The notes: generated by a model not told the origin, from the sequence alone. A stretch of DNA of 32,000 nucleotides from Patescibacteria group bacterium (GCA_018813815.1 JAHJAY010000041.1:1-32000); one strand, 5' to 3'. Positions 1 through 8,888 are shown, numbered from the stretch's first letter. A program made the numbers and translations.

Positions 1-549
1 ATCAGCTTAGAAGAAACTAAACCGACTGTACCGGAGAAACCCCAAGCTCAGGAAGCCGAACTGCCCTGTAGCCTAACTTTTACAGTGGCTAGCCCAACTC
101 CAACTCCCACGCCAACAGGTACTCCGATGCCAACCAATACCCCAACTCCAACTCCAACACCAACCAATACCCCAACTCCAACTCCAACACCAACCAATAC
201 TGGCACTCCAACTCCCACGCCAACCGGCACTTTAACCCCAACCCCAACCCCAACCATAACCAATACACCTACGCCCACGCCAACAGCAACTCCAACTAGC
301 ACCCCAGTGCCAACCAATACACCAACCCCAACACCGACCAACACGCCGGTACCAACCGGTACACCAGCACCGACAAACACCCCAACTCCAACTAATACAC
401 CTGTACCAACAGGTGTGCCAACACCGACCAACACGCCAGCTCCAGTCGTAGTTGTAGAACAAAAGCTGCCGGAAGCCGGCATAACTTCACCCACGCTCTG
501 GCTGAGTATTTTGGGTCTGATTCTGTTAGGCTTTGGACTTCTTATTTAA
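1..549 (+). CDS. Pro/Thr-rich cell-surface protein, C-terminal part (5' end outside window), LPXTG-like LPEAG sorting signal
   Basis: Frame 1 is open from base 1 ([31 protein letters not shown]...), so the GTG at 85 in the ORF track is internal. About 120 aa of [12 protein letters not shown] linker follow, then LPEAG plus a hydrophobic tail and stop TAA 547-549. Confidence 0.8.
   Translation: MSLEETKPTVPEKPQAQEAELPCSLTFTVASPTPTPTPTGTPMPTNTPTPTPTPTNTPTPTPTPTNTGTPTPTPTGTLTPTPTPTITNTPTPTPTATPTSTPVPTNTPTPTPTNTPVPTGTPAPTNTPTPTNTPVPTGVPTPTNTPAPVVVVEQKLPEAGITSPTLWLSILGLILLGFGLLI
94..447. repeat. Pro-Thr codon low-complexity repeat with a perfect 30-bp tandem duplication
   Basis: The plus strand is almost G-free (ACN CCA)n. 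The unit caaccaataccccaactccaactccaacac occurs at 131-160 and 161-190, with a 10-bp partial third copy at 191-200. The repeat creates spurious antisense ORFs. Confidence 0.9.
466..546 (+). other. Sortase-type C-terminal sorting signal (LPEAG + hydrophobic helix)
   Basis: ctg ccg gaa gcc ggc (466-480) encodes LPEAG, followed by [22 protein letters not shown] and the stop. There is no basic tail, so this is a variant signal. Confidence 0.55.
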
Positions 550-559
550 AACCCAAAAG

Positions 560-568
560 TGCTACAAT
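560..568 (+). promoter_or_regulatory. Extended -10 promoter TGCTACAAT, 6 nt before ATG 575 (leaderless start predicted)
   Basis: t560 g561 c562 + TACAAT 563-568, spacer gctcct, then ATG 575. No SD is present. Confidence 0.5.
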
Positions 569-574
569 GCTCCT

Positions 575-3500
575 ATGCTTAAACGACTCAATAAAAAGCA
601 TTTGAGCTTAACTCTTCTCTTAACCGGTTTGATTTTAATTGGTGCCAGCCTAAGAATTTCTAATCTTGATTGGGACCAAGGTTTTATCTTTCATCCGGAT
701 GAAAGAAACATTGCCTCTGCTGTGGCTAGAATTTCTTTTTTTGACCAAATGAACCCGAACTTTTTTGCTTATAATGGCTTTTCGATTTATTTGTACCGCT
801 TAATTGGCGAAGGGGTAAACTTATTTACCCAAAGTCATGTCTGGACGTATGCTTGGGAAAAAATAAACCTAGTTGGCCGGTCAACATCAGCTTTCGCTTC
901 AACTGCCGCCTTAATTTTGATTTGGCAACTAGCTAAAACTTTATTTAAACAAACAGCCCCCGCCATATGGGCGCTTGGTTTTACTGCTTTTTGCGCCTCT
1001 TTAATTCAAACTGCTCACTATGGTGTCACTGAAAGCCTAATCACCTTCTGGGCTTTATTAATCAGCTTGCTCAGTCTTAAATACTATCAAAAACCCGAAA
1101 TTAAAAAACTGGCTTTATTAAGTTTTATTGCCGGACTGGCTTTAGCCACTAAAACTTCGGCTATTACTTTCTTAATTACACCCATTTTAGTTTTAATTTC
1201 TCAAATCAAAACTAAAACTTGGCCAAAAACTCTGGCTAAAATCTCTTTGTTTCTGTTTTTAACTCTAATCATCTTTTTTATTTTCTCGCCCTACAATATC
1301 TTAAGCTGGCCCAAATTTATGGAATCAATGAATTATGAAGGCGGCATTGTTAATGGTCGCTTAAAAGTAGTCTATGTTTTACAATTCTTAAAAACTCTTC
1401 CTTATATTTTTCATTTAAAAAACCTTTTTTGGCAAATGGGGCCTGGTCTGGCAATTCTTGGTTTATCCGGCCTGGTTTTACTCTGGAAACACAGCTTAAA
1501 ATCAAATAAAAAATTATGGCTCATCTTTCTTGCCTGGCCAACAATTTATTTACTTATTGTCGGCTCTTGGTATGCCAAGTTTATCCGCTACCTGGTTCCG
1601 GCTATTCCTTTTTTATGTTTAACTGCCGGCTGGCTGGCTGATCGTTTATTTAGGAAAAACCGGCTGGTTTTCAAATTGGTTTTAGCCACCATAATTTTAA
1701 CCACTGCTTTTTGGGGTATAGCTTTTAGTAATATTTACCGTCAAGAAGGCACTCGCCTGACTGCCTCACGTTGGCTGCTCGCCAATCTCAAACCAGGCGA
1801 AATAGTTCTTAATGAACACTGGGACGATGGTTTACCCAAACATCTGGAAGGTATGCCTAATCCGGACCAAGTTTATCAACGTAAAGTCCTGGCTATTTAT
1901 GACAATGAAGGCCAGCAGAAAACCGAATATCTGGCTCAGGAATTAAGTCAGGCTGACTGGACAGTCTTATCCAGCCGACGCCTATGGGGAACAATTATTA
2001 ATTTGCCGGAAAAATACCCGGTTACCGCCCAATATTATCAACTTTTATTTGCTGAAAAACTCGGCTATAAAAAAGTCCAAGAATTTAGTGTTTATCCTCG
2101 TTTTCTCGGCTTAACAATTCCGACTAATCAAGCTGAGGAAACCTTTCAGGTCTATGATCATCCTCATATTTTTGTTTTTCAAAATCAAGCCCGGTTAGAC
2201 CAAGCAACTCTAACAAAACTGTTAACTAATAATCAACCGGTTAAAGAAGTTGATTATTTTAACTCCTTAACTCTGCCTGCCTGGATAGGTGTAACCCTAT
2301 TACTGAGTTATGTTTCGCTTAAACTGCTCCCCTCAGGATTGGCTAAAAAAGTCTGGTCCGAATTAGTTCAATTATTCCAATCAGTAGCCGCTCCTTGCCA
2401 CAAATCCAAACTTCAACCAATCAATCGCAAAGAAGTTTTAATTTTAGGATTAATTTTATTACTGGCTGGTTGGCTGAGAATCTATCAGGTCCAACAAAAT
2501 CCGCCCGGTTTTTTCTGCGATGAAGCGGCTAATGGTTATAATGCTTATACTTTACTTACCCGCGGCACTGATGAGTTTAACCAGTCCTGGCCGCTTTTTT
2601 TCCGCTCTTTCGGCGATTATAAAGACCCGTTTTACATTTATACCCTGATTCCTTATATTCAACTCTTTGGACTTAATGAGCTGGCTGTCCGTCTGGCTTC
2701 AGCTGTTTGGGGAACTTTAACTGTTGCTTTGGTTTTCCTGTTTTACCGCCGCCTAATTGACCAAAAAAGCGCTCTCTGGGCCGCTTGGTTCTTGGCAATC
2801 ATGCCCTGGCATATTCATTTTAGCCGTATCGGTTTCCAGTTGATCACTTTTCCTTTAATGTTCTCTTTTGGTCTTTATTTCTATTCTCTTAGAAAAACCC
2901 GCTGGATTTTTCTTTATTTAAGTTACTTGGTTTTTGGGCTGACCTTATACACCTATTATTCAGCTAAATTTTTTGTGCCCTTATTTGTCTTGTTTCTGTT
3001 TTTAACTGGTTTTAAAAAGGCTAAAAAAAATCATGCTCTTGGTTTGTTAATCTTTATTATCACTGCCCTGCCGGCTTTAATATTCTTAACTACTCCGGCC
3101 GGCTTGAATCGCTGGCAGCAAACCAATATTTTTAATTCAGGCTTAAACGCTCAGCAAACCGCTATTAGCCTGATAAAAAATTATGGCCTTTATTTTTCGC
3201 CCCGGTTTCTTTTTCAACAAGCCAACCGCTCTTTTATTTTTCGTCACAGCCTTAAAGACTGGGGTGTAATCTATTGGTTTCAGCTCCCATTAATTATTTT
3301 AGGCATTTTGGGGCTTAACAAGCTCCGGGGTAATACTAAATGGCTCATGATTTTCTTATTGCTGGTTTATCCTCTGCCGGCAATTTTTACTACTGATAAT
3401 CCCTCGGCTAATCGGACTATTATTGGCGTGATCGTTTTTAGCAGTTTAACTGCCTTGGGGGTTAAATCCTTGTCACAACTGCTTAAGCCCAAACTACTGT

Positions 3501-3901
3501 GTCCAATTCTATTATTGACAAGTATGGCTTTTCTTAGTTTTTATAGCCGCGCTTATTTTAAAGAATACCCGCTTTATTCAGCTGATTATTGGGGTTGGCA
3601 ATATGGCCCGAAAGAAATCATCAGTTATTTTAATCAGGTTGATTCCCAATTTGACCAATTAATTCTGAGTCATCAGTTCAATGCGCCGCAGATCTTTTTA
3701 AAATTTTATGCTCCGGAAAAATATTCCCGCTATAGCGTGGGCGGTCTGAATGATTTTAGCCCGGAGCAAAAACAGCTTTTTGCTTTAAGCCCTGACGACT
3801 GGCGCCAAGCTGATATTAACAAAATCCATAAAATCATTTATTATCCCAATAGCCAGCCGGCTTTTTATTTAGCTGAAATTAATGGCTTAAAAAATGACTG
3901 A
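575..3901 (+). CDS. Tandem (double) GT-C-fold membrane glycosyltransferase, ArnT/PMT_2 (GT39-like) modules fused
   Basis: ATG 575 is preferred; the track start 533 is a TTG inside the upstream gene. Module A has LRISNLDWDQGFIFHPDERNIASAV after its first TM. Module B (from about nt 2420) has LLLAGWLRIYQVQQNPPGFFCDEAANGYNAYTLL, the classic first-loop DE motif of ArnT/PMT_2 enzymes. Each module has many hydrophobic segments and a soluble tail. Confidence 0.85.
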   Translation: MLKRLNKKHLSLTLLLTGLILIGASLRISNLDWDQGFIFHPDERNIASAVARISFFDQMNPNFFAYNGFSIYLYRLIGEGVNLFTQSHVWTYAWEKINLVGRSTSAFASTAALILIWQLAKTLFKQTAPAIWALGFTAFCASLIQTAHYGVTESLITFWALLISLLSLKYYQKPEIKKLALLSFIAGLALATKTSAITFLITPILVLISQIKTKTWPKTLAKISLFLFLTLIIFFIFSPYNILSWPKFMESMNYEGGIVNGRLKVVYVLQFLKTLPYIFHLKNLFWQMGPGLAILGLSGLVLLWKHSLKSNKKLWLIFLAWPTIYLLIVGSWYAKFIRYLVPAIPFLCLTAGWLADRLFRKNRLVFKLVLATIILTTAFWGIAFSNIYRQEGTRLTASRWLLANLKPGEIVLNEHWDDGLPKHLEGMPNPDQVYQRKVLAIYDNEGQQKTEYLAQELSQADWTVLSSRRLWGTIINLPEKYPVTAQYYQLLFAEKLGYKKVQEFSVYPRFLGLTIPTNQAEETFQVYDHPHIFVFQNQARLDQATLTKLLTNNQPVKEVDYFNSLTLPAWIGVTLLLSYVSLKLLPSGLAKKVWSELVQLFQSVAAPCHKSKLQPINRKEVLILGLILLLAGWLRIYQVQQNPPGFFCDEAANGYNAYTLLTRGTDEFNQSWPLFFRSFGDYKDPFYIYTLIPYIQLFGLNELAVRLASAVWGTLTVALVFLFYRRLIDQKSALWAAWFLAIMPWHIHFSRIGFQLITFPLMFSFGLYFYSLRKTRWIFLYLSYLVFGLTLYTYYSAKFFVPLFVLFLFLTGFKKAKKNHALGLLIFIITALPALIFLTTPAGLNRWQQTNIFNSGLNAQQTAISLIKNYGLYFSPRFLFQQANRSFIFRHSLKDWGVIYWFQLPLIILGILGLNKLRGNTKWLMIFLLLVYPLPAIFTTDNPSANRTIIGVIVFSSLTALGVKSLSQLLKPKLLCPILLLTSMAFLSFYSRAYFKEYPLYSADYWGWQYGPKEIISYFNQVDSQFDQLILSHQFNAPQIFLKFYAPEKYSRYSVGGLNDFSPEQKQLFALSPDDWRQADINKIHKIIYYPNSQPAFYLAEINGLKND

Positions 3902-5972
3902 ATTATTTACAACTGTTTTTTACTGGTGGTTTTTGGTTTTTACTATTGGCGTCATTTCTTTGCCTTTAACTTTTAAACTCTTTAACACTTTTGCGGATCG
4001 GGGTTATGGTTTAAGTAAAGTCATTGGCATCATCCTAGTCTCCTGGTTAACTTGGTGGCTGGGCAGCCTAAAGATTGCTCCTTTTAGCTTTGGCCCTTAT
4101 GTAGCCTTGGCCCTTATTTGGCTGGCTAATCTTTTTTTACTCAGAAAACAAAAAACCCAATTATTTAAAGCCGCTAAGGCGCTTTGGTTAATCTGGCTGA
4201 TTGAAGAAGGTTTGTTTTTAATCACCCTGGCTGGTTTTAGTTTTATTCGCGCTCATCAACCCGACATTATTGGTCTGGAAAAATACATGGACTTTGGCTT
4301 TGTTAATTCAATTCTTAAAACTAAATACTTTCCTCCTAAAGATATTTGGTGGCAAGGCGGAACCATTAATTATTATTATTTCGGCCACCTGATGACTGCG
4401 GTTTTAACTTATCTGTCCCGCCTACCCAGTAATATTACTTATAACTTAATGATTGCCAGTTTATTTAGTCTGACTTTTAGCGCCGGTTTTTGTTTAGGCG
4501 GCAACCTTTGGCATATATCCCTCCAAAAGCTAAAGTATTTACCTGCCCGCAATCGCTACGCTCAAAGCGTTGCAGGCGGGGGCGGGCAGGCAAAATTAAA
4601 GGTTAAAGATTTTATTTCAGGTGGGCTATTGTCTGCTTTAAGTATTACCTTAATGAGTAATCTTCATCCGCTGATTTATATTTGGCAGGGAATCAATAAA
4701 TACTGGTATCCGGACGCCACCCGCTTTATCCCTAACACCATTCATGAATTCCCGATGTATACTTTTGCCGTGGCTGATCTCCACGGCCATTTAAATAATT
4801 TACCCAATGCAATTGTACTGGTCGCTTTTATAATTGTGCTCTGGCAAAACCTGCTTAAACAACGAACTCTAATCACCAAAGATTTTAAACTGCTTGTGTT
4901 GGGTTTTTCTGTATTTCTGGGTGTTGCCTATATGACCAACGCCTGGGATTTTGTCCTTTATTTAGGCGCAGCTGGATTTGTTTGGTTTTTGGCTCTGTGG
5001 CAAAAACGCGGCCTGCTTAGCGGCATTGTCATTAGTGGTCTTATTACTTTGGCTCTGGCTTTATGGAGTTTGATTTTTTCTCTACCGTTTCACCTTAATT
5101 TTTCCAGCTTTGCTCAAGGTATTGGCTGGGTTAAAGATCATTCTCAACTTTGGCGCCTGATGATTCTTTGGGGCTTTTGGGGCTTCATCAGCCTAACTTT
5201 TTTAATCGCTTTAATAAGTAAAAAACGCCGCAAAAAAATCCAACCTAAAACCCTGTTAACTCTGAGCTTATTGGCTTTTGGCTGGATATTGGTAATTACT
5301 CCGGAATTTATTTATCTTAAAGATATATATGAAGGTCATTATCGCGCCAATACCATGTTTAAAATGGCTTTTGCCGCTTGGGTTATATTTGGTTTTGCCG
5401 GTAGCTTAACCATTCAGTGGTTAAAAAATAATCTTAAAGAACCGCTAAAAACTGTTTGGTTTTTAATTATTTTGGCGGTTATGGCCGGGTGTTTGACTTA
5501 TCCGATTTGGGCTATCCGCTCTTATTATAATGGCCTTAAATATTACCGCGGTCTTAATGGCACCGCCTATCTTAAAAAGAATTATCCGGATGACTGGGCC
5601 GGTATTCAGTGGTTAAACCAAAATGTCGCTGACCAACCAACCATTCTGGAAGCAGTTGGCGAAAGCTATACTGACTATGCCCGGGTGTCAGTTCATACCG
5701 GTCTGCCAACTGTGCTTGGCTGGCGAGTCCACGAATGGCTCTGGCGGGGAAGTTTTGACCCGGTGGGCCAACGCACTGAAGAAGTAAAAAGCATTTATCA
5801 ACTCAGCGATTTGAATCAGGCTAAACAACTAATTAACCAGTATCAAATTGAGTATATTTTTATCGGCACTTTGGAACACCAAGCTTATCCTCAGCTAAAT
5901 GAAACTGCCCTCAGCCAGCTGGGTAAAAAAGTTTTTGAGCAGAATAATGTCCGCATCTATCAATTATTTTGA
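3894..5972 (+). CDS. DUF2298 / Chlor_Arch_YYY family polytopic membrane protein (putative GT-C-like)
   Basis: Carries the signature GGTINYYYFGH and many TM segments. ATG 3894 overlaps the upstream stop TGA 3899-3901 by 8 nt. Confidence 0.85.
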   Translation: MTELFTTVFYWWFLVFTIGVISLPLTFKLFNTFADRGYGLSKVIGIILVSWLTWWLGSLKIAPFSFGPYVALALIWLANLFLLRKQKTQLFKAAKALWLIWLIEEGLFLITLAGFSFIRAHQPDIIGLEKYMDFGFVNSILKTKYFPPKDIWWQGGTINYYYFGHLMTAVLTYLSRLPSNITYNLMIASLFSLTFSAGFCLGGNLWHISLQKLKYLPARNRYAQSVAGGGGQAKLKVKDFISGGLLSALSITLMSNLHPLIYIWQGINKYWYPDATRFIPNTIHEFPMYTFAVADLHGHLNNLPNAIVLVAFIIVLWQNLLKQRTLITKDFKLLVLGFSVFLGVAYMTNAWDFVLYLGAAGFVWFLALWQKRGLLSGIVISGLITLALALWSLIFSLPFHLNFSSFAQGIGWVKDHSQLWRLMILWGFWGFISLTFLIALISKKRRKKIQPKTLLTLSLLAFGWILVITPEFIYLKDIYEGHYRANTMFKMAFAAWVIFGFAGSLTIQWLKNNLKEPLKTVWFLIILAVMAGCLTYPIWAIRSYYNGLKYYRGLNGTAYLKKNYPDDWAGIQWLNQNVADQPTILEAVGESYTDYARVSVHTGLPTVLGWRVHEWLWRGSFDPVGQRTEEVKSIYQLSDLNQAKQLINQYQIEYIFIGTLEHQAYPQLNETALSQLGKKVFEQNNVRIYQLF
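4542..4590. repeat. GC-rich inverted repeat (9-bp perfect arms CCTGCCCGC / GCGGGCAGG) inside the DUF2298 CDS
   Basis: CCTGCCCGC 4542-4550 pairs with GCGGGCAGG 4582-4590. An inner hairpin is GCAA(T)CGC ... GCGTTGC. The element is far more GC-rich than its flanks and encodes ARNRYAQSVAGGGGQ in frame. Confidence 0.7.
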
Positions 5973-7033
5973 TAAAAGAAACCTTCAATAAAGTCGTAGA
6001 TTTTTTGCCAATCGTTTTCTTTGGGCAATAACACCCATTGACCCTGAATCTTAGCAGGCGGATTGTACAAAAGCTCACCATCTAAAATCGCGCTTCGGGG
6101 AGTTTGTTTCCGGGACAACCAAGCAAATTTAAAAAAGTTGAAATAGGTTTCTTGAGGAATGTCGGTTTTTATTATTTGTTTAAATAATTCAATTAATTTG
6201 CGGCGCTTATCGGAAAACAATAATTTTGAATCAAGAACCTTTTTTTGTAAAGCTACTAAAACTTTTTGCTGACGGCGAGCTCGGGCAAAATCAGTGCCTT
6301 CTTCACCCTCAGCATTGCGTGAACGAACATATTTCAACGCCGTTATTCCATCCATATGCTGCCAGCCGGCATCAAAATGCAGAGCCTGATAACGACAGCG
6401 GTACTCAGGATCATGATCGCAAAGATCATTTTCTTTACCGGGAATCGGGAATTTATAATCATCAAAGGCTTGGTCAACTTCAATTTCTAAACCACCGAGC
6501 AAATCAATCATTTTTTCAAACCCGGAAAAATCAATAAATAAAACATAGTGAATCGGCTGTTTTATTAATTCATTCACCGAGGCTTTAGCTAAAACTAAAC
6601 CGCCGCCGGCCTGTTTGGCTTCACCATAATGATAGGCCGAATTCAGCTTAGCCTGTAAACTGGAAACCCATAAATCCCGCGGCAAAGACAATAAGGCAAT
6701 ATCCTGATTTTTCAGGCCAAGAGAAACAACAATTAAAGTATCAGTTAAATCCGAAGCAGTATGATTAGTTCCGCCAGCGCCCAAAATAAGTATATTGGTC
6801 CGATTCTGATAAGAAGATAAATATCCAAATTCAGAACTGAAAACAGACAACACCCAATTATATTTAGCATAAGCAATTTTAGCGCTTTTAAAAACTCGAG
6901 GCAATACCACCCAACCAAGTCCAATTGCCAAAGAAAAAATCACCACCCAAACCACTAGTCGGGTTAAAAACAAATGTTTATAAAGCCGGCGACGGATTTT
7001 AAAAAAAAGTTTTTCTTGATCTTTAAAAACCAT
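5960..7033 (-). CDS. LytR-CpsA-Psr (LCP) family cell-wall glycopolymer ligase
   Basis: N-terminal TM helix followed by the LCP core: NILILGAGG, SDLTDTLIVVSL, ALLSLPRDLWV, FSGFEKMIDLLGGLEIEV, LKYVRSR. The 3' end overlaps the convergent DUF2298 gene by 13 nt. Confidence 0.9.
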   Translation of the reverse strand: MVFKDQEKLFFKIRRRLYKHLFLTRLVVWVVIFSLAIGLGWVVLPRVFKSAKIAYAKYNWVLSVFSSEFGYLSSYQNRTNILILGAGGTNHTASDLTDTLIVVSLGLKNQDIALLSLPRDLWVSSLQAKLNSAYHYGEAKQAGGGLVLAKASVNELIKQPIHYVLFIDFSGFEKMIDLLGGLEIEVDQAFDDYKFPIPGKENDLCDHDPEYRCRYQALHFDAGWQHMDGITALKYVRSRNAEGEEGTDFARARRQQKVLVALQKKVLDSKLLFSDKRRKLIELFKQIIKTDIPQETYFNFFKFAWLSRKQTPRSAILDGELLYNPPAKIQGQWVLLPKENDWQKIYDFIEGFFYQNN

Positions 7034-7058
7034 GGTTGTTAAACAAAGTTAAGACGGG

Positions 7059-7064
7059 TAAGAT
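7059..7064 (+). promoter_or_regulatory. -10 hexamer TAAGAT, 6 nt before ATG 7071 (leaderless start predicted)
   Basis: TAAGAT 7059-7064, spacer tttagc, ATG 7071. There is no TGn extension and no SD. Confidence 0.35.
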
Positions 7065-7071
7065 TTTAGCA
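7063..7071 (-). promoter_or_regulatory. Extended -10 TGCTAAAAT for the divergent LCP gene
   Basis: The reverse complement of attttagca (7063-7071) is TGCTAAAAT. It overlaps the plus-strand -10 and predicts a leader of about 23 nt for the LCP ATG at 7033. Confidence 0.35.
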
Positions 7072-8876
7072 TGTCCAAAGGCTGGCTTAAAGACTTAAAT
7101 CAACAACAAAAGGAGGCGGTTTGTTTCGGTGAAGGACCGCTTTTAATTCTCGCTGGCGCTGGCAGCGGTAAAACCCGGGCGCTAACTTACCGGGCCGCCT
7201 GGCTCACCAAAGAGCAGCAAATTAATCCGGATCAAATTCTACTGCTGACTTTTACCAACAAAGCCGCCGGCGAAATGAAGACCAGAATCAAACACCTGGT
7301 TAAAGGCGAATCGCCTTTTGCCGGCACTTTTCATAGTTTTTGTGTCAAGCTCTTGCGAATTGAAGGCCATAAAATTGGCCTGGATAAAAACTTTGCTATT
7401 TTTGACCAACAAGACCAGCTTGATCTGGTTAAGGCTTCGTTGTTAAGATTAAATCTAGATCCTAAAGCGTTTAAACCCAACAGTTTGCTTCAAGCAATCT
7501 CCTCGGCAAAAAATGAATTAATTAACGCTTCGGAATATTCCGGCTATGCCCGCGGTTATTGGCAAAAAACCCTAGCTCAAGTCTATTTTATTTACCAAAA
7601 ACTTTTAACTGATTATTCTGCCTTAGATTTTGACGATTTATTAATGAAAACGGTGATTCTGCTTCAAAAAAATCAGCCGGTTTTAAATTATTATCAAAAT
7701 AAATATCACTTTGTTTTGGTTGATGAATATCAAGACACTAATCGAGCTCAATATGTTTTAACCAAGCTTCTGACTGGACGCTGGAACAATCTAACCGTCG
7801 TGGGCGATTGTAGCCAATCCATCTATCGCTGGAGAGGCGCTGATTTTCGCAATATTCTCAATTTACAAAATGACTTTCCTAACTTGACCACTATCAATTT
7901 GGAGCAAAATTATCGTTCAACCGATAATATTCTGGCGGCAGCCTACAAGATTATTTCTCATAACCATTCCCATCCGATTCTTAAACTCTGGACTAAAAAA
8001 GGTTCAGGTAAAAAACTGACTATTTTTGAAGCCAAAGATGAAAAAGAAGAGGCTGATTTTATTGCTCAAAAAATCATTGAATTAACTGTCAGCCATAGCC
8101 AGATTGCTGTTCTTTACCGCACTAATGCCCAATCTCGAGTTCTGGAAGAAGCTTTTTTAACTCACGGCCTGCCTTATGTTTTAATTGGGGGCACCCGTTT
8201 TTATGAGCGCCGGGAAATTAAAGATTGTTTGGCCTATTTGCGGCTGCTTCATAATCCTAAAGACATGATTTCGTTTAAACGGATCCAAAAACTGGGGAAA
8301 AAGCGCTTTGATAAATTTCTTGCCTTAGCCGAACGTTTAGAAAAAATGCTCGACCGGCTAACGACAACCGAAATCCTTAATCAGGTTTTTAAAACCACAG
8401 GTTATTTGGAACGCTATGATAAAAAAAATGAAGAAGATTTGGTTCGTTTGGAAAATATTAAAGAATTAAAAAGTGTAACTCGGGAATTTCCCCAGCTGGA
8501 TGAATTTTTAATCCAAGTGGCGCTAGTTGAACAAGAGCATTTTGCCAGCGGCCGAAAAATTTCTAAATCATCCCAAGAAGCTGTTAACCTAATGACTCTG
8601 CATGCGGCCAAAGGCTTAGAGTTTAAGCTGGTTTTTATGGTTGGCATGGAAGAAGGCTTGTTCCCTCATTCGCGTTCAATGCTGGAAAAAGACGAGCTGG
8701 AAGAAGAACGCCGGCTCTGTTATGTTGGCATTACCCGGGCAAAAGAAAAACTTTTTTTAAGCCATACCCGCCGCCGGCTTTATTTTGGCCGCCGTTCCAG
8801 TAACTTAATATCCCGCTTTGTTGCCGACATTCCCAACCGCCTCTTGGAAGTTGAAAGACAATTCCCATTCACTTAG
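7071..8876 (+). CDS. uvrD: UvrD/PcrA/Rep-family ATP-dependent DNA helicase (short form, 601 aa)
   Basis: Walker A AGAGSGKTRAL, DEYQDTN, GDCSQSIYRWRGA, QNYRS, VLYRTNAQSR, TLHAAKGLEF, YVGITRAKEKL. Confidence 0.92.
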   Translation: MSKGWLKDLNQQQKEAVCFGEGPLLILAGAGSGKTRALTYRAAWLTKEQQINPDQILLLTFTNKAAGEMKTRIKHLVKGESPFAGTFHSFCVKLLRIEGHKIGLDKNFAIFDQQDQLDLVKASLLRLNLDPKAFKPNSLLQAISSAKNELINASEYSGYARGYWQKTLAQVYFIYQKLLTDYSALDFDDLLMKTVILLQKNQPVLNYYQNKYHFVLVDEYQDTNRAQYVLTKLLTGRWNNLTVVGDCSQSIYRWRGADFRNILNLQNDFPNLTTINLEQNYRSTDNILAAAYKIISHNHSHPILKLWTKKGSGKKLTIFEAKDEKEEADFIAQKIIELTVSHSQIAVLYRTNAQSRVLEEAFLTHGLPYVLIGGTRFYERREIKDCLAYLRLLHNPKDMISFKRIQKLGKKRFDKFLALAERLEKMLDRLTTTEILNQVFKTTGYLERYDKKNEEDLVRLENIKELKSVTREFPQLDEFLIQVALVEQEHFASGRKISKSSQEAVNLMTLHAAKGLEFKLVFMVGMEEGLFPHSRSMLEKDELEEERRLCYVGITRAKEKLFLSHTRRRLYFGRRSSNLISRFVADIPNRLLEVERQFPFT

Positions 8877-8879
8877 GCG

Positions 8880-8888
8880 TGTTATACT
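8880..8888 (+). promoter_or_regulatory. Extended -10 TGTTATACT, 6 nt before ATG 8895 (leaderless start predicted)
   Basis: t8880 g8881 t8882 + TATACT 8883-8888, spacer aaactt, ATG 8895. It lies directly after the uvrD stop (TAG 8874-8876). Confidence 0.5.

Noticed and set aside
48-494. 148-aa and 76-aa minus-strand ORFs (GV-rich and W/C-rich) opposite the PT repeat
   Set aside because: They are the mirror image of a G-free low-complexity coding repeat. The plus-strand frame continues from base 1 and ends in a coherent sorting signal, so the antisense ORFs are artefacts.
533-574. Track-supplied extended starts at 533, 9896, 18465, 22587 and 29163
   Set aside because: All are TTG codons lying inside the preceding gene. 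In-frame ATGs at 575, 9923, 18438, 22596 and 29190 fit better with the promoter geometry or with stop/start coupling. The TTG alternatives cannot be formally excluded without data.
3899-3901. Possible alternative genetic code (UGA recoding as in some candidate phyla)
   Set aside because: TGA terminates several genes at sensible lengths, with immediately coupled downstream starts (3899-3901, 5970-5972, 9933-9935, 28782-28784). Conserved domains contain no in-frame TGA, so the standard bacterial code fits.
6226-6537. 103-aa plus-strand ORF inside the LCP gene. Similar antisense or embedded ORFs occur at 8414-8647, 8805-8993, 9675-9902, 10413-10871, 12997-13185, 13296-13502, 15203-15424, 15792-15977, 17779-18021, 20133-20372, 21487-22128, 22966-23302, 24627-24929, 25386-25625, 27434-27619, 28513-28761, 28996-29184, 29455-29676, 29807-30001 and 31286-31981
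   Set aside because: Each lies entirely within, or antisense to, a longer ORF with clear family motifs. They have low-complexity or odd composition and no start signals.
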